64,000 nt of DNA from Octopus vulgaris (Eukaryota). Below the pieces are notes generated by a model. The model saw nothing but the letters and a program-made list of their open reading frames with translations, had not been told where the DNA came from and did no database searches. Position numbers and translations under genes: made by a program. The stretch covers positions 55,490,001-55,554,000 of the forward strand of contig OX597827.1 of the NCBI GenBank assembly GCA_951406725.2, read 5' to 3'. Shown here piece after piece: positions 52,058-64,000 of the stretch (positions are counted from its first letter, which is position 1; every line of letters starts with the position of its first letter).

Positions 52058-53400
52058 TTAGAAAAGCACCCAGAGAGTGCAGACCTCTGCCAAGCAGTTC
52101 ATTTCTACCTGTATACATGCATGCTGAAAATCACCCAATTTCCCAAACCAACGCTGGCAAATCCCATACTTATCTCGACCATCGTCATCATCAACACTGT
52201 CTCGGCTTTCACCACAATCACTGTCAAGACTACGATCACCACAATCAGTTTCTTTACATAGTTGAAAATCCATTATTTGATACTCACGGGTCTGAAATTG
52301 TTGCAGACTTTTGATTTTTCTAATTTCGGAGTGCTTTATAAAAATAAATTTTTTAAATTTCATCTACAAAACAGAACAGTTTGAGGATAGAAACCAGGTA
52401 TAAACACAATAGCTTATAGACATACTCTGAGTGTAGTTCTGTATAAATCTTTAATAATTTTTTTTATACTTAAGACCATCAGAAATGTTAAGATATCAGC
52501 CTCTACCCATGTTGTCATGCTTTGATTAAAAGGTTACAGCATAGATTAGATTACTTAGATAAGTTTCAGCTGAAGCTGACTCAGGCCATGTCTAATTTAA
52601 TAGTACCACTTGGAAGAGATACACAGTCAGCTCTGGGGAATTATAGCCCATCCAAGCAGAGGGTCATTGTTTTCAGAGACATATCTAGGTGTGGGTGGTT
52701 TATCTGGTATTTGTTGGGGTTAATCATCTAGGGATCGTTTGAATGCTGTGAAGTCACTTTCCTCCTTTATGTGTGTCTGGCACGATGTTGAAGAGAGCAA
52801 ATTGAGGTGAAATAGTTCTGTCATGGTGTTGTGATATGACACAAACATTTCTGTAGTGGACGGATGGCACGGGGGCCAAGCCTCAGATGAATTTTAAAGA
52901 TGGGCAATATTGATGGAATATTTTCCACAACATACAGATGATATAGAGCTCACAGCAGCAGTGGAGGGAGCTAAGCCTGAGCTTTTTGAATCGATCACAA
53001 TAGTCAAGGCTTGTCATGTCATCCTCTGCAGACCTCTGCCAAGCAGCTCATTTTAAGATAGATACACAAGTAAAATTAATAATAGAGAAACAAAAATAAA
53101 CTTTGGAAACAGCAATGCCATCTTAGGTTATATGGAAACGATCAACGTGTTTTCAAGGGAGATAATAAAAGAACGTAACATTGTAATACATCATGTAAAG
53201 TAAATATAACAAATGAAAAATCCTTCAAGAATCCATAAAAATTCCTGGATCACTACCAAAATTTCATCTGTTTCTTGTGTCATTACCAACTTTTTCTGCA
53301 AGTTTCATCAAATACTGTTCACAACTTTTTGAGTTCTTTTTCACACAGATGGACAAACCAACACCGATGAAAACATAACCTCCTTCCTTGGCGGAGGTAA
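52058..53400 (+). mobile_element. Helentron-associated (HINE-like) element interrupted by ~920 bp of other sequence
   Basis: Start tagaaaagcacccagagagtgcagacctctgccaag, end ataacctccttccttggcggaggtaa (subTIR plus hairpin); 27-bp head segment repeated at 53027-53053. Confidence 0.6.
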
Positions 53401-54259
53401 TAATAATAATAATAATATCCTACTAATAATAATAACAATGAAAACTATCTGCATTTGACTGTGAAAACTGAAGTAAAGATGGTATGACATTGATGACAAA
53501 GTAATCATTTATTTAATCATTTATTTTTATAGACCAGTGATAACAAAGGTATGACACCTGCATCTGATGACATGCCAAAGGTTTTTAGGTGACGCATGAT
53601 GAACTTTGAAAGCATTTTCCTTGTAATTTTATGTTAAGTCTTAACCTAGAGAACTAAGATATATGTGACACTTTAATAACAGGATTACTACTCTTGTTTC
53701 AGTCATTGAACAGCAATCATGCTAGGGGCAGTGCTTTGATGAGTTTAGCTTATTATATTATCAACACCAGTATTTATTTTTAAATCTGGTATTTATTCCA
53801 GTGGTTGGTTTCTTTTAGCCAAACTTTTATGTTTTGGAGACATAAACAAACCAAAAGCAGTTGTCAAGTGATGAAAAACAGATGTGCACACATGCACATG
53901 AGTGTACACATTGTTTCTGTCAACCAAATTCATAAGTCCAGGGCTATGGTGCAAGATATTTGCCCATTAATGCTAGAAGTAGAAAGTAATAACAAAGTTG
54001 CATTTTTATAATAATTTCAAATTTTGACACAGTGCCAGCAATTTCGGGTATGGGGACAAGTCAGCTGGTATTTTTTTAATTGACCCCCAAAAGAATGAAA
54101 GCCAAAGTCAACCCTGGTGGAATTTGAACTCAGAATGTAAAGACAGGCAAACTACTGCTAAGCGTTTCATCCAGCATGCTAGCAATTCTGTCAGCTCACC
54201 ATCTTATATAATAATAATAATGATAATAATAACCATAATAATAATAATAAGGATCATAA

Positions 54260-54825
54260 TCCTGCATCATGCCCTGATGCAGTACCAGGCAATGGCTTTC
54301 ATGGTTTCTCATCTTAACTGGTTGGAAGTGTTATCATGTACATTGTTTTCTCTTGATATAAAAGATGGGCTACAGTAAATATTCTGCTCAATATCACAGA
54401 TTTGCTTGTCAGTTGTTTGACCTTAACCAGTTGAGCATGTCCCTTAGTGGCTGACGATATGTGCATCGCTGATTATGAGCAGAAGTAGTTTGGGAGCCGC
54501 ATAGCCGCGTGTTGAAAGGAATTCTTAGAGGTTTGGATAATTCACCTTCGGAAACAGGGGTTTTTCGTTCAACATCCTTAAACAATCCTTATTCAGGGAC
54601 CTTTTGAGCGGATGGGTTACTCGACCAGAAGAAAATTCTAACTGGGCCCCACCTGCAAGGTCATGCACTGTTTATCTTGATATGAGATCATCATGTTGTG
54701 CACATATGGTTGTGATGCATGTGCCTGGTGCACCCTTATCAGACAAGTAGTCATGATGGGTATACTGGGTTTCGTATATTTTACCCCAGTGTCACTTTGA
54801 TGTCATGCACTGCTCTCTCACTCAA
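54260..54825 (-). mobile_element. ~565-bp interspersed repeat flanked by (AAT)n
   Basis: Homologous to 48303-48640 and ~4700-4880 in the opposite orientation. Confidence 0.8.
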
Positions 54826-55794
54826 TAATAATAATAATAATAACAATTATAATAATAAGGGTTTCAAATTTTGACACAGGGCCAACAGTTATGAGGGAGG
54901 GGTAAATCAATTACATCAACTCCAGTGCTTCACTGGTACTTATTTTATTGACCCTGACAGGATAATTTTTCTTAAAGCAGTGGAATGACAGATATGGAAG
55001 AATGCCAGGTTAAATCCATATTGTAATTTTGTTTATAATCTACTTGAATGACTAACTCAACCAACTCTATATTTTACCTTCTGAGATGTGTTGAATAAAT
55101 ACCAGTGACATACTGGTGCTAATTCTATCATCCCCTGTAAAAAGTGACCTTGTGATGATGCTCAATGAAGAAGGAAAGGAAAAAAAGATAAGAAAATTGC
55201 ACATTCCGTGAATTTCTTCCAGATTGTAATTATTTTCTGTCTGTAAGAAATGTTTTGCTTCATAAGATGTTTAATTAATATTTCTCAGGTTATGTCCGAC
55301 TACTTATTTCTAAAAAGAATGAAATAATGCTTTACATGATTATCACTGACTAGAAATTTTAAGAATTTGTAATATAAGTAAGCAATAAAACAAAAAAGAA
55401 AAGAAATGTTTCTTCTATGTATCTTCTTCATTCTTTACTTTCAGATTTACCAGTTATTATGAGGAAATGATTATCTCTCTTGTACTAACTGTCTGCTTGG
55501 AGACACCATACGTTATCAAAAAAAGAAATTGTTAAAATATGGTGACAGTTAAGGTGTCCAATCTCAAATCTTTCTAACTCCATAATTTTTAGAAATGACT
55601 GACCCTCGTGCCGGTGGCACGTAAAAGCACACACTACACTCTCGGAGTGGTTGGCATAGGAAGGGCATCCAGCTGTAGAAACTCTGCCAGATCAGATTGG
55701 AGCCTGGGGCAGCTATCTGGTTCGCCAGTCCTCAGTCAAATCGTCCAACCCATGCTAGCATGGAAAGCAGACGTTATAGGAGGAGGGGGGATGA

Positions 55795-55828
<34 letters not shown>

Positions 55829-56390
55829 GGTGATGATGATGATGCTACTATTATTATTTATGTTTTAATGTCACTGTCTGATTATTTTTCAGCTGATTTC
55901 AATTCCAGGTGAAGTCAATTTAAAAATAAGAACCACATACTTAATTTATAGTATACTGGTTCAATTCAGTTCACCTTTAAAAAATTGATATTAACTGTTT
56001 AAGATCAAGTATAAATAGCCAGTCTTTTCATGCAGGACACACACACACAAAAAAGAGAAAGAAAAATACAAGATGATGATAATCAATCAAATAGCTTATA
56101 ATGCAAATGTGGCTTATGTACCACACCTGTCTTCAGAATTTAGCAGTGTTTCAATAAACCACACCTGTCTTCTGCAGAAGAAAGTATGTTGTGTCAATAA
56201 ACCACACCCAGCCTTAAAAGGTTAAAGCTAAATAAAACAAAAACTATTTTACAATGGAGATAACTGCAACAGAGAAGTGTATGATTAAAACCTTTTGCCA
56301 TATTTAATATATTCCCTCTTGGCTCAAAGCTCAAATCATACAGTTGTTAAATTTGACTTCCTTTATTCCAGCATTGATACAATAAGTATC

Positions 56391-56790
56391 TGTTATATCC
56401 TGTGATCAAAGATTGGTCTTGTACATTTGCCAGAAATAATTTGCTCTTTTACATATTTTCATAATACAGTTTCTGTATATGTCACCTTAGTGTCATACAC
56501 TAATACATTGTGATATATAGTACCACGGTTGGGGTAGAGACCAACTGTCTCCACATGATGTATTTCCAAATACTCTGCCAACAACTGTAACCAATCCAAA
56601 ATATCTCTCAATGAACTATAACAACTTCTCAACAATTTCCTGTGACTCCACAAACTCACAAACAACACCTTTCGACTTGCTGCAATTTCTCATCTCTTGC
56701 TCTTTGTCAAACACACTGCTACTTATATGAGTTCAGCTAGTCCATTCTCACAGGGGGTGTCATGATTCTCACCATAACATCTCCCCTTTT
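56391..56790 (-). mobile_element. LTR-retrotransposon 3' LTR (389 bp) with polypurine tract
   Basis: TGTTAT...ATAACA termini (56391-56779); on the minus strand preceded by AAAAGGGGAGA (56780-56790); TATAAG box inside. Confidence 0.55.
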
Positions 56791-56955
56791 GAGATTTGAC
56801 TTCTGTAGGAAGTGCAACTTGTTTATTTAATTTTCTTCTTTTTATTTTTTCATCATCACCTCTTCTCTTTCTGAGATTTTAATTTCCTCAGAAGTTTTAA
56901 TACTTCTTTCGCTTAGGGACTATTTCTAGTCATTCTGTGTCCTTACACTGTGAAC

Positions 56956-57172
56956 AATATTTACCCTCATTTAAATGTGGATGTTCTGTTGGAACAAACT
57001 TTACTGCAGTAGATATGAGAGAAACTCTCATACTGGCTTTTTATCTTCCTGCTAGCAATATAAACAAGAGTGCATTTTGCACAAAAAGCTAATATGAGAG
57101 TCTCTCTCATGGTATCTACTTCAGTATAGTCTGTTCTAACAGAACATCCATGTTTAAGCAGGGATACATATT
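56956..57172. mobile_element. Palindromic (foldback) MITE-like element, ~85-bp imperfect arms
   Basis: ggatgttctgttggaacaaactttactgcagtagata...gagagaaactctcata versus tatgagagtctctctc...tatctacttcagtatagtctgttctaacagaacatcc. Confidence 0.8.
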
Positions 57173-57214
57173 ACCTCTTGGTATTAATATTGCCTCTGTT
57201 GCTAATATATATAA

Positions 57215-57540
57215 TAATAATGAAATTATTGTATACAGTGCTCAGGTGCACCACAACTTGTCAAAAGTGTGTATAAAGCATATGCAGTAATGTACAAATG
57301 TCTGGGAAGTGAACAGTGTATCAGTCAGATACATGCTTGCGTGTGTATGGAGGGGAGAAAATCAAGTGTAGTGTTGGCGAATCTCAGGAAGCATGGAAGT
57401 TTTGAAGGATGCAGTGCTCCAACAACTAACAACTGATGCTGGCAGTTTGTTCCATACTTCAGCAACTCTTAGCATGAAAAAATGTTTCTGAAAGTCATGG
57501 GAGCTGTGCTGTTTTCTGACTTTGTAAACATATCCACAGG
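57215..57540 (-). mobile_element. CR1-type LINE 3' end
   Basis: GYVYKVRKQHSSHDFQKHFFMLRVAEVWNKLPASVVSCWSTASFK then a 3' UTR ending in (ATT)n; older relative at ~12935-13110. Confidence 0.85.
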
Positions 57541-57800
57541 TGGAGTTTGAAAAGGTGCTCAGAGTTATTGTTAGTAAGATGGTTAATGATTTTATGGGTG
57601 TCTGCCAAGTCGGCTGCCCAAATACAATAAATGAAAGCAATGGAATCATTATCATAGGTGCAAGTGTGGTTGCTTTTGAATCACATGGGTTTGGGTTCAG
57701 TCCCACTGCATGGCACCTTGGGCAAGTGTCTTCAACCAACCCCAAATCAACCTAAGCCTTGTGAGCGGATTTGGTTGATGGAAACTGCAACAAGCCTGTC

Positions 57801-57833
<33 letters not shown>

Positions 57834-58279
57834 TGTTTTTGTGTTTGTCTCTCCACCGTTGCTTGACAACCAGTGTTGGTTTATTTGCATCATGGCTTAG
57901 CGATTTGGCAAAATCAGACTTAAAAATAAAATAAGCCCTTGGATTCGATTTGTTCAACTTAACCCTTTGAGGTGTTGCTTCAACATGGCTATAGTCTAAA
58001 GTCTGAAATAAATAAAAGATAAAGGCTAAGGATAGTACACACACACACTCACACACATATGTAACATCACAAGCAGAGTCCTTCATTATAAATTAAGAAA
58101 GAGAGCAACTCTTATAGCAACGTTTAGCCATTTCTTTTGCACAATAGCTTTTATTCAGCTCTCACAACAGTAGCACATTGTTATGACTTGGTTAACAACT
58201 AAAACACTAAAAGTTCTTGGTGATCAAATCCTTTGTGGTATTTTGTATACTACTTAAGCTGAGCGGCAAAGTTTCACAG

Positions 58280-58321
58280 CCACTGCTGCTGCTACTGCCA
58301 CTGCTACTACTACTACTGCTG

Positions 58322-58382
<61 letters not shown>

Positions 58383-58432
58383 CACCACCACCACCACCAC
58401 CACCACTACTACTACTACTACTGCTACTGCTG
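58280..58432. repeat. Compound trinucleotide repeat (CTG/CTA/CCA)n
   Basis: Directly visible. Confidence 0.95.
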
Positions 58433-59141
58433 TTACAAGAGGTAAAGTATTTGTTGTTGGTTATTTTTTTTAATTTTGTTTATTGTGTTTCAGGAGAGTG
58501 ATGAGTGACCCCAATAATACCTACCAGCAGTTCCAGTGCAAGAGTGCTTCTTCTTCTTCTTCTTTGCATTGTATGTACCACAGTGTTCTGTTCCCTTCTC
58601 AGACAGGAGGGTAGGCGGCAGTAGTGGTGGTGCTGAAATCTTGTAGCTAGAAAATAATGGCAATGAACTCTTTCTACAAACAACTGTAATTTCTAGCACA
58701 ACTACTGCCACTTGTAATAAACTACTGGCAGAAAGATATTTTAGCTTTTTCAACAATTTTTTTTTTGTTTAAATATTTTCAAATTTTTGTTTTGCTTCTG
58801 TGTGTGTGAGTTTTCAGAAAAGGAAGTATCATCTGAATTTTACCCTCATCTTCATGATTCTAGTTTACCTAGTTTACAAAAAAAAAAAAAAAAACTTCTT
58901 TGCTCTTCAGCCGACTCTAACAGCTAGCTGCAGTCACTTAACCACTGATTTTTTTCCCCCTAATAATTTAAACACCTATACAACATCGGTATTTATGCTA
59001 GAGAGAGAGTGTGTGTGTGGAGGGGAGAGGGGAAAGAGAGAAGAGAGGGGTAAAAGAGAAAGAGGGAGTGTGTGTGTGTCTTACACATACACACATACAT
59101 ATAGAAAAAAGTTTACTTGAAGAGAGAGTAGAGTGTATGTA

Positions 59142-59174
<33 letters not shown>

Positions 59175-59207
59175 GTTTATATATATACACACACAAACAC
59201 ACTAGCA

Positions 59208-59600
59208 CAGGCATGGCTGTGTGCTAAGAAGCTTGCTTCCCATGGTTCCAGGTTCTGTCCACTGCACAGCACTGTGGGTAAGTGTCTTCTACTATAGTCT
59301 CTGGTCAACCAAAGTCTTGTGAGTGGATTTGGTAGATGGAAACTGAAAGAAGCCTGTTGTATATATATATATATATAAATATCTATGTGTGTGTGTGTAT
59401 TTGTCCCCCAACCACTGCCTGACAACCAATGTTGGTGTGCTTATGTCCCTGTTACTTAGCGGTTTAACAAAAGACACAGAATAAGTACTAGGGTTTAAAA
59501 AAAAGAATAAGTCTTTGGATTGATTTGTTTGACTAGAAACCCTTCAAGGCGGTGCCCCAGCATAGCCACAGTCAAATGACAGAAGCAAGTAAAAGATAAA
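59208..59600 (+). mobile_element. Family-1 SINE
   Basis: Head, microsatellite middle and tail all present. Confidence 0.88.
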
Positions 59601-59847
59601 TATATGTATATAGGAAAAGAGAGGCATATTTCCACACAAGTAGGAACATAAGAACATTTGTTTGGGGTTGAAAATGCACTTGGAGGTTTTGAAACAAATT
59701 TTACCTTTTTAAAATTGTTTGAATTTATTGAAAAAAAACCATACCAGCTTCATCAGTCTTTTGTTTCAGTGGTAAATAAAAAAATAGAAAGTAAGACGAA
59801 AATTTTGAACAAAGAAAATACATAAGAAAATATTTCATAGTGATAAA

Positions 59848-60375
59848 ATCATCATCATCATCGTCTAACATCCGTTTTCCATGCTGTCATGGGTTGGATA
59901 ACTTGACAAGAACTGGTAAGACCAGGAGCTGCACCAGGTTCCATTGTCTGTTTTGGCTTGGTTTCTATGGCTAGATGCCCTTCCTAACACCAACCACTCC
60001 ACAGAGAGTACTGGGTGCTTTTTATATGGCATCAGCACCAATGCTTTTTATGTGGCACCATCACCCACACTAATGCTTTTTACACGGAAACCTTGGCTTT
60101 AGGATCTCAATTCTGTTGTGGTGGGTAGTTCTTGAGTACAGCAATGTGCCACATATCTCAGTTATCTGTCATCTCCTTTGTGAGGATCAGTGTTTTGCGA
60201 TCAGCCTTCAATACTTTGTCCCATATCTTCCTGGATCTCCCTCTTTGACAACTTCCCTCCACTTTAAGTGATCATCACTTCTTTATACAACTGTCCTCAT
60301 CTCTCCACATTACATGACCAAACCAGTGCAGTCTCTTCTCTTCCACGCTACATATAATTCCTCTTATGTCCAACT
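59848..60375 (-). mobile_element. RTE-clade LINE 3' end with tail
   Basis: Minus strand encodes RLHWFGHVMWRDEDSCIKK**SLKVEGSCQRGRSRKIWDKVLKAD (RTE/Bov-B ORF end), followed by the shared tail and (GAT)n. Confidence 0.85.
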
Positions 60376-60954
60376 TCTCTCTCAATATTCCATGCTTAAA
60401 AATCAAATGCTCAATTGGCTTCATTGAAAAATTACATTGAAGGATGAAAATTCAAGTGTTAAATAAGTTTTGCAGCAATATTAGATGTTGAAAGTTCAAA
60501 TGTGTGATAAATTTCATAGCAAAAATACATAATAGAAATTTGAAAGTTCAATAAATTTCACAGAAATAAATTATGGCAGCAATTTGACATGATGGAAGAT
60601 TTTAAAGCATAAGGAAAATTTTTTACAAGCTCTGTTGCATGGTGTGAAGCAGAATTGCTTTTTGCTTGCTTTTCTCAGTCTCACCACTAACACGACTTTG
60701 TCCATTGTCACTCTGTAACTTCAGACGAAATAACTTCTAAAGTACAAAATTTTATCCAAAACGTTAAGAGTAAACCCTGTTCTATGTGACACATTCTACC
60801 AGTAACGGAAGTTTGAAAGTGTTTAGTTAAAAAAAAATTAATTAGAAGGACACACACAATATGGTCAAAACATCACATTGACTCAGAGATCGCTTACATC
60901 ATTGAATTGTGTCAAAAGGGTGGGGCTATTGTCTAATTATGGAAAACAACAGCG

Positions 60955-62940
60955 ATTCAAAAATTTTTTGAAAATTTTCCTCAAAAATTTTTGAAAATTT
61001 TACCGAAAAATATTTGAAAGATTTTTGGAAAATTTTCCCTAAAAATTTTTGAAAAATTTTTCGAAAATTTATTGAAAATTTTACACAAAAATTTTTGAAA
61101 AATGTTTAAAAAATTTTCCCCCAAATTTTAGAAAAATTATTTGGAATGAAAAACTTTTCGAAAATTCTGCACAAAATTTTTGAACAATTTTTGGAAAATT
61201 TTCTGAAAATTTTCCCTAAAAATTAAAAAAAAATTTTCCCCAAAATTTAAAAAAAAAATTTTTTTTAAATTTTCCCCAAAATTTCTGAAAATTGTTCCTA
61301 AAAACTTTTGAAAATTTTCCCCCAAAATTTGTGAAAATGCCGGGAATTGCCGGAGATTCCCGGAAATTTCCTGAGATTGCCGGGAATTACCGGAAATTAC
61401 TATAGATTGCTGGAAATTGCTGAAGATTACCGGAAATTGACGGATATTACCGGAGACTTCTCTACAAATAAAAAAAAAAAAATTTTTCAAAATTTTTTGA
61501 AAATTTTCCTTAAAAGTTTTTAAAAAAACTTTTTGAAAATTTTCCCCCAAAATTTTTGAAAAAACTTTTCCCCAAAAGTTTTTGGAAAATTTTTTGAAAC
61601 TTTTCCCCAAAATTTCTGAAAATTGTACCTAAAAACTTTTGAAAAAATTATCCAAAAATTTGTGAAAATGCCGGAAATTACCGAAGATTGTCGGAAATTA
61701 CCTGAGATTTCGGGAAATTGTCAGAGTTTTCCGGAAATGACCGGAGATTACCGGAAATTGCCGGAGATTTCCCTACAAATGTTTGAAAAATATTTCGAAA
61801 ATTTTCTCCAAAATTTTCAAAAATTAAAAAAAAATTTTCCTCAAAAATTTTTGAAAATTTTCCCGAAAATTTTAGAAAAATATTTTGAAAATTTTCCCCA
61901 ATATTATAATAATTTTTTGAAAATTTTCCTCCAAAATATTTGAAGAAGATTGTACCTAAAAACTTCTGAAAATATTACCCAAAAATTTGTGAAAATGCCG
62001 GGAATTGCCGGAAATTACCGGAAATTTACTGAGATTCCCGGAAATTGCTGGGAATTACCGGAAATTACTAGAGATTACCGGAAATTGCCTGAGTTCTCCG
62101 GAGATTGACGGAGATTTCCCTACAAATGCTTGAAAAATATTTCGAAAATTTTCCCCAAAATTTTTGAAAAATTTTTTGAAAATTTTCTGAAAATATGAAA
62201 ATTTTTGAAAAGTTTCTGAAAATTTTCCTTAACTTTTTCAAAAGATTTTTGAAAATATTCCCCAAAATTAGAAAAATTTTTGAAAACTTTCCCCAAAATT
62301 TTTCAAAAGTGTTTTGAAAATTTTCATAAATTTTTGAAAAATTTTTTGAAAATTTTCAAATTGCCGGAAATGGCCTGATATTGCCAGAAATTACCGGAGA
62401 TTGCCGGAAATTACCAAGATTTCCGCAAATTTTTCGAAAATTTTCCCAAAATTTATAAAAAATATTTTTGAAAATTTTCTGAAAATCTCCCAAAAAAATT
62501 TTTGAAAGATATTTTGAAAATTTTCCTTATGAAAAAGAGTTTTTTTGAAAATTAAAAAAAATATTTCCAAAAATATTCGAAAAATTTTTCAAAATTCAAA
62601 AGAAAAACTTTTCCCCCAAAATTTTAAAAACTTTTCTGAAAATCAAAAATTTTTGAAAAATTTAAAAAAGTTTTTTGAAAACAAAATTTTTGAAACAATG
62701 TTTTGAAAATTTTCCCAAAATTTTTTTTTTCAAAAGTGTTTTGAAAATTTTCGAAAATTTTCCCCAAAATTTTTGAAAATTTTTGAAAATTTTTCTAAAA
62801 TAAATATTTTGAAAATTTTCCAAAAATGAAAATTTTTTCCCAAATTTTAGAAAAGAAAATTTTCCCAAAATTTTTCAAAAATCTTTGAAAAGATTTTTGA
62901 AAAATATTTCAAAATTTTCCCAAAATTTTTGAAAATTTTT
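60955..62940. repeat. Structured low-complexity satellite: GAAAATTTTC-type words with four blocks of CCGGAAATTA decamers (~330-360-bp higher-order period)
   Basis: Decamer blocks begin near 61338, 61669, 61996 and 62361. Confidence 0.9.
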
Positions 62941-62974
62941 GTTTTGTACACCACCTGGTCTTGGTAAACTTTCC

Positions 62975-63500
62975 TATATATATACCTTTGAAACGTGGAG
63001 TAGATGAAACAAAGGCGGCTGAAGAAGGGAATTTTCCTTGTTTTGTATGTCCTGTACTCTATTTTTTCGTTGTTTAAGAAAAATGTCCATTTCTTTGGTT
63101 TTGTGTTTGTTTTCGTTTCTCATTGTGTTCGACGTTTTTTTGGTGTCCTGTACCCATATATGCATGTATATATACATGTAGAGGTAGGTACATACATATA
63201 TGTATGCATATATGCATGTTTTATTTATTTATTAATTTATATATATATATACATACATATATATATATAGTTATATACATATAGATATGGTACATATATA
63301 AGTAAGGCATGAGAAACTGCATGTTTGACCGCTAAATCCACAATTTTTTTTATTTTCCCTGTTTATGTCCTCATGTTCCTTTCTATTGAAGAGCATAGGC
63401 TCAAAACGTAAAAGACTTTCTCACCTTCTCAAGCGTTAAACTAATACACCTGCTTGTTGTTTATACACCTGTCTTTGTCTTTTGCTTTTCTGTTAATTTA
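62975..63500. mobile_element. Possible Penelope-like terminal-repeat remnants
   Basis: Degenerate hammerhead-like motif ctattgaa-gagc-atag-gctc-aaaacgt at 63383-63410; TA-microsatellite borders. Confidence 0.35.
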
Positions 63501-63527
63501 ACTATATATATATATGTATGTATATAG

Positions 63528-63700
63528 CAGCGCATCAGTGCTACCTCAAATCAACACCCAACTAAGCCAGATATATTCTTCAAGACACTGGGAGATGCCC
63601 TCTTTGCAGACCCATCAGGGGGACAATGTTCAGCAGAGATGGGACTCTCTCAGGGACATCATCCATAGAACTGCACTGAGAGCCTTTGTTAGTAGAAGGA
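63528..63700 (+). mobile_element. Internal fragment of an RTE-like LINE (EN-RT linker)
   Basis: QQRWDSLRDIIHRTALRAF fits the recalled WxxLRxxIxxxAxxxFG linker motif. Confidence 0.5.
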
Positions 63701-64000
63701 AAATGACGAAAGTTCTTCATCCAGATCGTTTAGTCAGTCTCTCCAGAAAGAAAACTCCGATGTAACATGTGCAATTTTGCTTGCATCCAATGATTTAGAC
63801 AACTCTTTAGTTTTAGGTAATTGCATACATTATTTAGAGAACTAGATCGACCTTGTACGAGGCCTTTTCTTATTACAAAATGTTTCAGGTACATGAATCA
63901 CTTGATTATTTAATATCTCTATTAACGTCTCCATTATGAGTTGCAACATATGACTGGCTATAACCGAAAAAGAAAAAATACTCAACGAAAAATTCCATGA

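Noticed and set aside
55420-55535. Strong + strand acceptor (ttctttactttcag) and short ORF; similar acceptors at ~3095, ~4046 and ~21917
   Set aside because: No linked upstream exon or recognisable peptide; cannot be supported without RNA data
58217-58501. Poly-Leu/Pro or Thr-rich exon with an apparent 52-nt intron
   Set aside because: Simple trinucleotide repeat; the spliced Thr frame hits a stop immediately
61137-62868. K/F/N-rich ORFs in the satellite
   Set aside because: Products of low-complexity A/T tracts with frequent frameshifts between units

Overview
Eukaryotic, AT-rich genomic DNA, very probably an octopus. This is inferred from the tRNA-derived SINE families with (TA)n/(CA)n middles and the extreme microsatellite load. 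There is one clear protein-coding gene: an intronless 900-aa FBXW7/Archipelago orthologue (15816-18518, +). Its dimerisation domain, F-box and WD40 propeller are intact, but its N-terminus is a ComEA/KIF22/EEPD1-type double helix-hairpin-helix DNA-binding domain followed by a long Ser/Thr linker. That architecture suggests a DNA/chromatin-tethered SCF substrate receptor and is the main candidate for a novel system. The gene has a CpG-rich promoter, an abutting uORF and probably an ~11 kb 3' UTR ending near 29.9 kb. A probable first coding exon of a second, minus-strand gene lies at 2456-2509. The rest is a nested mosaic of SINEs, RTE and CR1 LINE ends, Helitron/HINE elements, piggyBac/hAT/Tc1 MITEs, an LTR remnant, an Academ-like transposase relic, hairpins and satellites. 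All calls are by eye; family names and reference sequences are recalled, not searched.
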